From an uncultured Verrucomicrobiae bacterium (lineage in GTDB: Bacteria; Verrucomicrobiota; Verrucomicrobiia; Chthoniobacterales; Chthoniobacteraceae), in contig CAWIKF010000002.1 of assembly GCA_963836755.1 (NCBI GenBank), positions 576,001 to 640,000 of the forward strand: DNA of 64,000 bases, written 5' to 3'. Shown piece by piece: positions 20,901 to 29,946 of the stretch. The notes beneath the pieces are model-generated. The model was not told the DNA's origin and did no database searches. It saw only the letters and a program-made list of their open reading frames with translations. A program made the translations under genes and the position numbers. Every line of letters begins with the position of its first letter. Within the stretch, counting starts at the first letter, position 1.

Positions 20901-21824
20901 ATGAAACATATCGCGCTGATCACGGCTATGGCTGGACTGGCTCTTGGAACGCCAGCCATTACTTTAGCCGAACAATCTAATACTACGTCTAAACCTGCTA
21001 CTTCATCGGCCACGGAATCCAAGTGGTCTGAACGATGGCAGAAACTGGAGAACGAGTTGGACAAGCTATTCCACGATACTGCGTCCAAGCTAACACCCGG
21101 CGCTACGGAGAAAGGACTGACTTTTAGTTCGTCGGTGGATGTCCGGGAAAACTCGGATGCTTATGTGGCGCGGATTTATTTGCCGAAAAGCGATGAGTCC
21201 AAAGTAAAAGTCACGTTTGAACACGGAACGCTCCATATCTCGTCCACCGATAAGGCAGCCGGCTCCTATGACGAGAACATTGCCATTCCTGGCCCGGTGA
21301 CAGCAGACAAAATGAAAGTGGAGCATAAGGAAGGGCTTGTTGTAGTGACTTTGCCGAAACAATCGGCCAGCGTCGCCGCAATCCCAACGCCTGCGCCAGC
21401 GTTTGAACCGTGGACAGAGGGCTGGGATCGGCAGGTCGTCCGCGAGATTCAGCGGATGCAGGACAGAATGGATCAGCTCACACGCGATCTAACGCCAGGA
21501 GTGCCAAATCAAGGAGCTATCACTCAGCAGCCTTTCTTTGGCTCCACGGTGAACTTGGAGAATGAGAAGGATAACTATGTCGTGCACTTCTATTTGCCCG
21601 ACCGCGATCTTTCCAACGTAAAGGTGGAGATAAAGGATAACCAACTCCAACTCACCGCTTCAAAAGAGTCAAAGAAGGAGACTGCAGGTAAGACTGGCTC
21701 CAGTTCCGAATACTGCGCCGGGGAATATTCGCAAGCAATCACTCTGCCTGGCCCTGTCCATGCGGACAAAATGAAAATTGACCGCAAAGAGGGAACGGTT
21801 ACGGTGACGCTGCCAAAGGCGTAA
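20901..21824 (+). CDS. Tandem Hsp20/alpha-crystallin-domain protein with signal peptide
   Basis: Two ACDs (VDVREN..Y..LP...KVTF...PGPV.ADKMK...GLVVVTLPK and its duplicate); leader MKHIALITAMAGLALGTPAITLA. Confidence 0.88.
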   Translation: MKHIALITAMAGLALGTPAITLAEQSNTTSKPATSSATESKWSERWQKLENELDKLFHDTASKLTPGATEKGLTFSSSVDVRENSDAYVARIYLPKSDESKVKVTFEHGTLHISSTDKAAGSYDENIAIPGPVTADKMKVEHKEGLVVVTLPKQSASVAAIPTPAPAFEPWTEGWDRQVVREIQRMQDRMDQLTRDLTPGVPNQGAITQQPFFGSTVNLENEKDNYVVHFYLPDRDLSNVKVEIKDNQLQLTASKESKKETAGKTGSSSEYCAGEYSQAITLPGPVHADKMKIDRKEGTVTVTLPKA

Positions 21825-21843
21825 AGATCCTGTTTCGGAAAAT

Positions 21844-21867
21844 TAGCCCCGGCTTAACCCGGGGCTA
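21844..21867. terminator. Stem-loop after the Hsp20 gene
   Basis: TAGCCCCGG-CTTAAC-CCGGGGCTA, 9-bp stem, no clear U-tract. Confidence 0.5.
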
Positions 21868-22101
21868 CGGTGGCAAGATAAGGCGTTAAGGAATCACTCG
21901 TCCGTTTCGCGTAGAGCTAGGCGGATACCTGCGAGCAATTCGATCAAACCCACAATCCGCGGCGTGTCATTGCAAGCCCCACCAGTTCTTTGATTCGCCG
22001 CCAAAACATATCTTTTTGAGCTTCGATGTAACTTTAGCATGTTTCTTCTCCGCGTGCTAAAACAAGGCCATGTTTCAACTAAATGACCCGCCGCGCGTAT
22101 T

Positions 22102-24507
22102 TTGAATGAACTGCACGTCAATGCCGGGTTGACACAGCAGGAAGCCCAAAACCAGCTCGCGAAATTCGGCTACAACGAACTGCCGGAGAAAAAACGCAAT
22201 CCGCTGCTGGATTTGCTAATTCATTTTTGGGGACCAATTCCGTGGATGATTGAGGCGGCGGCGGTGCTCTCGGCGGTCGTTGGGCATTGGGCGGATTTCG
22301 TGATCATCACGGTGCTGCTGCTTGCGAATGCGGGTGTCGGTTTTTGGGAGGAATTTCAGGCCGGTAATGCCATCGCCGCGCTCAAGGCCACGCTCGCGCT
22401 GCAAGCGCGCGTGAAGCGTGAGGGCGTTTGGAAACCTCTGCCGGCGCGCGAATTGGTGCCGGGAGATTTGATTCGCCTTCGCATGGGCGACGTGGTGCCG
22501 GCGGACGCGACGCTCGAAGCAGGCGATCCGATTGAGGTGGATCAGTCCGCCCTCACGGGCGAGTCGCTGCCGGCTGAGAAAATGACGGGCGAGACGGTTT
22601 ATTCGGGTTCAATCGTGAAGGTGGGAGAGATCGAGGGCATCGTGTCGGCGACGGGACAGAAGACCTTTTTTGGAAAGACCGCCGCGCTGGTCGCGGGAGC
22701 GCCGAGTGCGAGTCACTTTCAAAAGGCGGTGCTCAAGATCGGAAATTATCTCATCGTGATTGCGGTCGTGCTCGTGGTGATGATCATCACCGTGGCGCTG
22801 TTTCGCGGTGACCACTTCGCGACGACACTGCAATTCGCGCTCGTGCTCACGGTGGCGGCGATCCCGGTGGCAATGCCGACGGTGCTTTCGGTCACAATGG
22901 CTGTCGGCGCGCGGCTGCTCGCGCGCAAACAGGCGATTGTCAGCCGGCTCGTGGCGATCGAGGAACTCGCGGGGATGGATGTTCTCTGCTCGGACAAAAC
23001 CGGCACGCTCACGCAAAACAAGCTGACGCTCGGCGACGCGTTTTGCGTCGAAGGCATTTCCACCGACGATGTCATCCTCGCGGGAGCGCTTGCGTCGCGC
23101 GCCGAGAATCAGGATTCCATCGATCTCGCGGTGCTTGGCGGATTGAAAAACAAAGACGCGCTGGCGGGTTTTGGCATCACGCATTTTCAGCCTTTCGATC
23201 CGGTTCACAAGCGCACCGAGGCCGACGTGCAGAAGGGGAGTGACGCGGCTTTCAAGGTCACGAAGGGCGCGCCGCAAGTCATCCTCGCGCTCGCCGCAAA
23301 TCGCGACGCGGTGCAGGCGGCGGTGGAAAATGCGGTTAACGAATTTGCGCGGCGCGGCTTTCGTTCGCTCGGCGTCGCGCGCACGGACGCGAAGGGCGCG
23401 TGGCAATTTCTCGGCGTGCTGCCGCTGTTCGATCCGCCGCGCGAGGATTCGGCGCAGACAATCAAGACCGCGAAACAAATGGGCGTGGCGGTGAAGATGG
23501 TCACCGGCGACGCGCTCGCGATCGGAAAGGAAATTGCCGGCAAAATCGGTCTCGGCACGAACCTGCTCGATGCGCGCGATTTTGGCGACACCGCGCATCA
23601 AGCGGACGCGCATCTCGACGACACCATTGAGCACGCGGACGGTTTCGCCCAGGTTTTCCCCGCGCACAAATATCACATCGTAGAAGTGCTCCAGCGCCAC
23701 AACCACATCGTCGGCATGACCGGCGATGGCGTGAACGATGCGCCGGCGCTGAAGAAAGCCGATTGCGGCATCGCCGTATCGGGCGCGACCGACGCCGCGC
23801 GCGCCGCAGCGGCCATCGTGCTGCTGACGCCCGGCCTCTCTGTGATCATCGATGCGATCAAGGAGAGCCGAAGAATTTTCCAGCGGATGAACAGCTACGC
23901 GATCTACCGCATCGCGGAAACGATCCGCGTGCTTCTTTTTATGACGCTGGCGATTCTGATCTTTAACTTCTATCCGCTCACGGCGGTCATGATCGTGATG
24001 CTGGCGCTGCTCAACGACGGCGCGATCCTGTCCATTGCCTACGACAATGTTCATTACAAGGATCAGCCCGAGGCCTGGAACATGCGCGTGGTGCTGGGAA
24101 TCTCCACGGTGCTGGGCGTTATCGGAGTCGTCTCCGCCTTCGGCCTGTTCTATCTCGGTGAGCGCGTCTTTCACCTCGACCGCGCGCACATCCAGACGTT
24201 GATGTATTTGAAGCTGTCCGTGGCCGGACACCTGACGATCTTCCTTACACGCACTCGCGGCCCGTTCTGGTCCATCCGCCCTGCACGGATATTGTGGGTA
24301 GCCGTCGTCGGCACTCAAATCATAGCGACGTTGATTGCAGTCTATGGGGTGTTTATGACGCCGCTCGGCTGGGGTTGGACTGGGTTCGTTTGGAGTTACG
24401 CGCTGGTGTGGTTCCTGATCAATGACCGCATCAAGCTCATCGCTTATCACATCTTTGATCCGGTGGATGGGGCAGCGGCCCCGATCCGCCCGGTCATGCC
24501 CCGATGA
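22102..24507 (+). CDS. Plasma-membrane proton-efflux P-type ATPase (P3A, Pma1-like)
   Basis: FWGPIPWMIEAAA, TGESLP, AIPVAMPTVLSVTMAVGA, CSDKTGTLT, MTGDGVNDAPALKKAD, ALLNDG; TTG start. Confidence 0.95.
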   Translation: MNELHVNAGLTQQEAQNQLAKFGYNELPEKKRNPLLDLLIHFWGPIPWMIEAAAVLSAVVGHWADFVIITVLLLANAGVGFWEEFQAGNAIAALKATLALQARVKREGVWKPLPARELVPGDLIRLRMGDVVPADATLEAGDPIEVDQSALTGESLPAEKMTGETVYSGSIVKVGEIEGIVSATGQKTFFGKTAALVAGAPSASHFQKAVLKIGNYLIVIAVVLVVMIITVALFRGDHFATTLQFALVLTVAAIPVAMPTVLSVTMAVGARLLARKQAIVSRLVAIEELAGMDVLCSDKTGTLTQNKLTLGDAFCVEGISTDDVILAGALASRAENQDSIDLAVLGGLKNKDALAGFGITHFQPFDPVHKRTEADVQKGSDAAFKVTKGAPQVILALAANRDAVQAAVENAVNEFARRGFRSLGVARTDAKGAWQFLGVLPLFDPPREDSAQTIKTAKQMGVAVKMVTGDALAIGKEIAGKIGLGTNLLDARDFGDTAHQADAHLDDTIEHADGFAQVFPAHKYHIVEVLQRHNHIVGMTGDGVNDAPALKKADCGIAVSGATDAARAAAAIVLLTPGLSVIIDAIKESRRIFQRMNSYAIYRIAETIRVLLFMTLAILIFNFYPLTAVMIVMLALLNDGAILSIAYDNVHYKDQPEAWNMRVVLGISTVLGVIGVVSAFGLFYLGERVFHLDRAHIQTLMYLKLSVAGHLTIFLTRTRGPFWSIRPARILWVAVVGTQIIATLIAVYGVFMTPLGWGWTGFVWSYALVWFLINDRIKLIAYHIFDPVDGAAAPIRPVMPR

Positions 24508-25640
24508 GTGGCTTTCGATTGACGCGCCTTGGTCTGATAATGGAGCCTGAGCCGGGCAACCCGCAGGAGATCGAAGGTGTCCTGAATCCCGCCGCCGCCC
24601 GCGGTCCCGATGGCAATCTCCATCTGTTTCCACGGCTCGTCGCGCGAGGCAACTATTCGCGCATCGGCATCGCCCGGGTTCTGTTTAACGACGACGGCGA
24701 CCCGTCCGGAGTCGAGCGACTCGGCATCGCGCTTGAACCTGAAGCGGATTACGAGCGGCAAGCCGATGGCATCGGCGGCTGTGAAGACCCTCGCATCACG
24801 TTCGTCGAACCGCTTGGGCAATACGTGATGGCCTACACGGCTCTCTCATCGAGAGGCCCGCGGATCGCATTGGCCGTATCGGAAGATTTGTTCCACTGGC
24901 GCCGGTTAGGGCTGGCTACCTTCGAGCCCTATGAAGGCATTGAGTTCAATGGCGTGGACAATAAGGATGCCAGCATCTTCCCGGTTGCGGTTCCAGATCC
25001 ATCAGGACACCCGGCGCTGGCGATCCTGCATCGGCCGCTTTTTCCCGGAACTCGTCCAGAGGAAAAGGCGCGTGACCTGTCCTCCGGCGTAAAGGATCTC
25101 CATCGGGAAAGTATCTGGATTTCCTACAGTTCCAAGGCCATCGATAGTCGCGAGCCCTATCATCTATGCCACTTTACCTCGCATCATCGGCTGGCCACTC
25201 CGGTGTCGCCCTGGGAGCGGCTGAAAATCGGCGGTGGCACTCCTCCCATCGCGACCCACCATGGCTGGCTGATCCTTTACCATGGCGTGAGCGAAATGGC
25301 GGCCCCAATCAACGAAGCACGCCACCTAACTTACTCAGCGGGTGTAATGGTGCTCTCGAAAGAACATCCGCGCGTGATTCGCTATCGTTCGGTGGAGCCG
25401 GCGTTGACGCCGGAACTTCCACAAGAATGCACTGGAACCGTTGCCAACGTCGTCTTCCCAACCGGCATCGACCGGCGCGACGATCTTGGCTTACCGGATC
25501 GCTTCGACGTTTATTATGGAATGGCCGACAACCAGATCGGCGTGGCACGCCTTGACATGCCTGATTTCCTGCCGACGGAGGGAGTTGAGTTCAATCAGCA
25601 GGCTTTTGAAAATACATCCTTGGCCAAAGCCCCGGCATGA
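24504..25640 (+). CDS. GH130-like glycosidase/phosphorylase
   Basis: GVLNPAA, GCEDPRIT, NKDASIFP, LHRP, KIGGGTPPI, YHGV, NVVFPTG, YYGMAD; ATGA overlap with the ATPase. Confidence 0.88.
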   Translation: MSGFRLTRLGLIMEPEPGNPQEIEGVLNPAAARGPDGNLHLFPRLVARGNYSRIGIARVLFNDDGDPSGVERLGIALEPEADYERQADGIGGCEDPRITFVEPLGQYVMAYTALSSRGPRIALAVSEDLFHWRRLGLATFEPYEGIEFNGVDNKDASIFPVAVPDPSGHPALAILHRPLFPGTRPEEKARDLSSGVKDLHRESIWISYSSKAIDSREPYHLCHFTSHHRLATPVSPWERLKIGGGTPPIATHHGWLILYHGVSEMAAPINEARHLTYSAGVMVLSKEHPRVIRYRSVEPALTPELPQECTGTVANVVFPTGIDRRDDLGLPDRFDVYYGMADNQIGVARLDMPDFLPTEGVEFNQQAFENTSLAKAPA

Positions 25641-26890
25641 GCGCCGCTATAACAACCCTTCCTTCCGAAACGCTGGCGGTGTTGGCTATCTTCGTGCTTA
25701 CTTATCTCGGCATCGCGTTGGGCCATGTGCCAGGATTGAAATTGAACCGCACTGGCATCGCGTTACTGGGTGCGATCGCAATCACGATCTTCTCCGGCCT
25801 TCCGACGCCAAAAGTAGTTAATCTCATCAACTGGCCGACCATTCTGCTCTTGTTCGGCTTTTTTGTGCTGTCGGCGCAACTGCGTCTGTCGGGTTTTTTC
25901 GAAATGGTCGCCAACAGCATTTCCGCCCGGCTCGGACATCCCGCGAGGTTCTTACTCATCTTAATGCTAGTGACTGCGGGGATGTCGGCCGTTCTAAACC
26001 ATGACATTATATGCTTCGTCTTCGCGCCAGTCGTGGCGACCTCGCTGCTTCGCAAGCAGCTCAATCCTGTCCCGTTTCTAATTGCGTTGGCGCTAGCCAG
26101 TAACATCGGCGCGGCTGCCACGCTGGTCGGCAATCCGCAAGACATGATGCTCGCCCAGATAGCAGGCTTGAACTTCGGACATTACCTCCTTTGGTGCATC
26201 ACGCCGGTGCTGTTTGCTCTAGGTTGCACCTATACGATCATTTGGACGATGTCCCGCCACAACCTGGCTTCCACTGTGTCGGTTCGGAGAAATGAGGAGC
26301 CCTCATTGCAACCATTCAACCGCGCGCATACCACCAAGGGGCTGGTTATCTTACTTTGGGTTATCGCGTTTTTCTTTACGTCGATACCTAAGGAAATCAT
26401 AGCTCTCACAGCCGCCGGCCTTCATCTCGCGAGCCCAAAATTTCGCACTGACGATATGTTGAAGCTGGTGGACTGGTCGATCCTGGTCCTATTTATGGCA
26501 CTATTCGTAGTGACCGGCGCATTTCAGGCTACGGGTTGCGCCGAACAAGCCATGCAATGGCTCGCACACGCCGGCATGAACCTCCAGTCGCCAGCCATTC
26601 TGGCCATAGTCACCGCTACCCTTTCCAACTTAATCAACAACTCTGCCGCAGTTCTGCTCCTCGCGAAAGTGGTTGACGTGACTCATCCGCCGACGGGCTA
26701 GGTGCTGGCCCTCGCCAATAGCTTTGGCGGCAGCCTTATCATCCTTGGCAGCGTATCGAACATCATCGTCGTTCAACAGGCACGCGAACTGGGAATCCAC
26801 ATTTCCTTCCGCGATTTTGCGCGTCTGGGCGTGCCGGTGACATTTGCCTCGATGATGGGACTCGTAGTATGGGTGAAGATAATGGCATGA
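25637..26890 (+). pseudogene. SLC13/ArsB-NhaD (CitM-like) anion transporter interrupted by in-frame TAG
   Basis: ASNIGAAATLVGNPQ motif; TAG at 26699-26701, then in-frame VLALANSFGGSLIILGSVSNIIVV...ISFRDFARLG. Confidence 0.8.
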
Positions 26891-26933
26891 CTCACAAACG
26901 CAGCCGCAAGAGATTCGCCTGAAGGCAAGACCT

Positions 26934-27782
26934 ATGAACTACTCCAAAAAGTTTGGCATTAAACCGGGAACCGACGTGCGGATGAAAGACTTTGATCCGG
27001 GGTTTGGAAATAAATGCGGGAACAAACGCTCCGCGCGGTCGAAGACCGCGAAGCTGCAACAGCGGATGGACGAGTTGCAGTTTCAGCTCTACGCGGAACA
27101 AAAGCATTCCTTATTGATCGTTCTGCAAGCTCCCGACGCGGGCGGAAAGGACGGTGTGGTCCGGCACGTCATCGGTTCGATGAACCCACAGAGCTGTCGC
27201 GTGGTGAGTTTCAAGGAACCGTCCACGGAAGAACTCTCGCATGACTTTTTATGGCGTGTGGAGAAGCAGACGCCCAAGCGCGGCGAGGTCGTGATCTTCA
27301 ACCGTTCGCACTACGAAGATGTGCTTATCGTGCGGGTTCACGACTTGGTCCCAAAGAAGGTGTGGTCGAAGCGCTACGAACTAATCAATAACTTCGAGCA
27401 ACGTCTCGTGGCGAACGGCACGCGCATTCTCAAGTTTTTCCTGCACATCAGCCCGGAAGAACAACTGCGCCGGTTCAAGGACCGGCTCGACGATCCTGCG
27501 CGGCGATGGAAGATCAGCGAGGCGGACTATTCGGAGCGCAAATACTGGGATGATTACACCGCGGCATACGAAGATGTGTTGAGTAAGTGCAGCACGGACG
27601 ACGCGCCATGGTTCGTGATTCCTTCCGACCACAAATGGTTCCGCAACCTGGCGATTTCGCGAATTATCGTCGAGACGATGGAAGGACTCGGCATCGAACT
27701 GCCGGAGCCGACCGTGAACATCCGCGAGATCCGAAAGAAATATCACGCCGCGCGCAACCAAAGCTCGAGGTCTCGCAAGTAG
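26934..27782 (+). CDS. ppk2: Polyphosphate kinase 2 family protein
   Basis: QAPDAGGKDG, SFKEPS, HDFLWR, FNRSHYEDVLIVRVH, APWFVIPSDHKW. Confidence 0.93.
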   Translation: MNYSKKFGIKPGTDVRMKDFDPGFGNKCGNKRSARSKTAKLQQRMDELQFQLYAEQKHSLLIVLQAPDAGGKDGVVRHVIGSMNPQSCRVVSFKEPSTEELSHDFLWRVEKQTPKRGEVVIFNRSHYEDVLIVRVHDLVPKKVWSKRYELINNFEQRLVANGTRILKFFLHISPEEQLRRFKDRLDDPARRWKISEADYSERKYWDDYTAAYEDVLSKCSTDDAPWFVIPSDHKWFRNLAISRIIVETMEGLGIELPEPTVNIREIRKKYHAARNQSSRSRK

Positions 27783-27794
27783 AAGGGCCGCGTC

Positions 27795-27930
27795 ATGAAA
27801 CCGATTCTGACCCTCACGCTGAATCCGACCATCGAAGTGAGTTCATCGGGAAAGACGTTCGCGAGCGGGGAAGCCGCTTGATTCTCGATACCTCCGGTCA
27901 TCCTTGCCGGCTGCTCTGGAGGTCGGCGTC
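27795..27930 (+). pseudogene. 1-phosphofructokinase-family (PfkB) kinase remnant with large internal deletion
   Basis: MKPILTLTLNPTIE (N-terminus) joined out of frame to RERGSRLILDTSG (mid-protein motif). Confidence 0.68.
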
Positions 27931-28293
27931 GAACACGAACCGGCGCAGGAAGCCGGGGCGATGGGGATCATCGAAGCGGGCGCTTGCGAAGCGGAGGTGG
28001 TTCACGCAAGGAAATCTATTTCGGAGATCGTTCCAACATGAGGGCTGGGCGTCCACCACGCAATTTCTATGAGGCCTTCATTTTTTCACTTTACACTTTT
28101 TCATCTACCAAGGCCGCGTTCTCGACGGCTGTAAAACGTCTCCTACGCTCATCCGTGCGGCTTCTTACGCGGCCTTTTCAGCAGCATTCATGCGTTTTGA
28201 GATTTCATCTGTGTGTAAGACTGCCTCGAAAAGTGAAGGCACTATTGGGGCAGTCTTGAGCAGTTTGTTCGGCTCGCGGCGTATTCGTGATAA

Positions 28294-28485
28294 ATGGAAC
28301 AGCGTCGCGTGGTGAAGGAACCGGTGAAGTCGGCGATCTTTGCCGATACGACGATCGGATTTGGCATCGCCCGTATGTATGCGGAACGGATGAAATGTGC
28401 ATTTATCGATGTGTGCGCGTTTCGAGACGGCGCCGAAGCGGCGGAATGGCTCGGCGTGCCACTGGAAAGCCTCCAGCCGGATTGA
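28294..28485 (+). pseudogene. C-terminal fragment of a small SpoIIAA/STAS-like protein
   Basis: KSAIFADTTIGFGIARMY...AFRDGAEAAEWL pattern; N-terminus missing. Confidence 0.45.
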
Positions 28486-28597
28486 GCGCGCCCGTCGGTT
28501 TGCCTGCCGGCGTGCCTTTGGTATGAAAGCCCGTGCTGCGCGTGGGCCGAGACAGCGGCAGCTAGCATCAGGATGAGTGTGCGGAAAACGCGCCGCA

Positions 28598-29682
28598 TTA
28601 AAATGTGATCCCGAGCACGACTTCCGCGCCCTGTGTGCGGACGTTGTAGGTAAAGCCGTTCTGGTGATAATCGACTGCGAGAAAGCGGTAGCCGGCCTCC
28701 GCGAAAAGGTTGCGGCTGAGCTGGTAGCCGAGGGCGGCCGAAGCCTGCCAGGTAAGGTCGGAACCGACCCCGAAGCCGCCGATGTCAGCCTTGCCAATGA
28801 GGTAGATTTTCTCGCAGAGATTGTAGCGGGCGCAAAAACCCACATACGGATCGAACCAAGCGTCGGTGCGGGAGAAACGCGTGTCGAGTTTCTCGGTCAA
28901 AGCGTTGGCGATGTCCTTCGCGAGTTTCGCTTTCGCAGCGTCGATTCTTGGCTGGAGGTTCGACGCGATGGCCGCAGCTAATTCCGCCCTGCGCTGGTCG
29001 ATGATGCTCGCGATTTTATCCCGGACAACCCCCGGCAGCCGTCCTGCCAGCGGCCCGTCCGGCAAAGTTGGACGCTGCCCGCCGAGATCTGCGAGTTTCG
29101 AGTCGATGGCCTTTGAGATGGCATCGCGAAGCGCCTGACCCGCGAGCGTGGCCGCATTATCTACAAGTCGCGTGCTAACATCCTTGATGGCGTCTTCATC
29201 CGGGTGGAGGGTGAGCCGTTGGAAGATATTCGTGTAGCGGAAGCCCGCCCTGGCATCCACCCAGCCGCGCTTCCCTTCGAGCACCCGATAACTTACCCCG
29301 AAGTCGGTCTGAATTTGATCCAGACGCACGTCCAGCTTCGACCAGCCCTTCCCCACCGACGCCATCCGACAGGCTCATGTAGAGAAAATCCGCCTGCGCG
29401 CCGAAGCGCCCCTTTCGGACTTCGCCACGGAAGGAACCGACCATGTCAATGTGATGGATGATTTTGTCTGCGTTCACATTCACCCATGAGACTTGATCTC
29501 CAATGCCGACATCGCCTTTGATCCCGGCGATCCAGCCGGGCATCGAGAGCTTGTATTTTCCATGGGTCCTTCGCGGGCGGCGGGGCGATGGCCTTGTTGT
29601 CGTCGCCCGCGAAGGCCGTCGCGCCGAACACGAGGCCGGTGACGAGGAGACTTCGGGCCATTGCGGATTGCTTTGGTTTCAT
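28598..29682 (-). pseudogene. Outer-membrane beta-barrel protein split by two frameshifts
   Basis: Signal peptide (29682), PGWIAGIKGDVG segment, then DIGGFGVGSDLTWQ...GITF with terminal Phe; shifts near 29556 and 29340. Confidence 0.75.
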
Positions 29683-29710
29683 GGTTATCTTTTTTGTTTA
29701 TTCAGACTGT

Positions 29711-29875
29711 GATGTTTCGTCGTGCGGACCCGCCGGCAGACGTCGCGAAAGCGCATCGGGACGTTTACCCAGACCGCGGAGACGCTCACCGTCCGCGCTG
29801 GGACGTTTTCCGAGAGGAAAAGACGGTTTCGACCTCCGCGCGGACGTTTCGCGTTCGGACTATCAGGTTTCCGAT
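29711..29875. repeat. Highly degenerate 21-bp period array
   Basis: GACG(T) at 29739, 29760, 29781, 29802, 29822, 29843 and CAGGTT at 29864 (one 20-bp step). Confidence 0.65.
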
Positions 29876-29946
29876 CAATAGGTGGAAATCGCCGCTCCTA
29901 ATCACGGTGCAGAGGTTCTTTGTCGGTTCTGAATTTGGGGGTGAAC

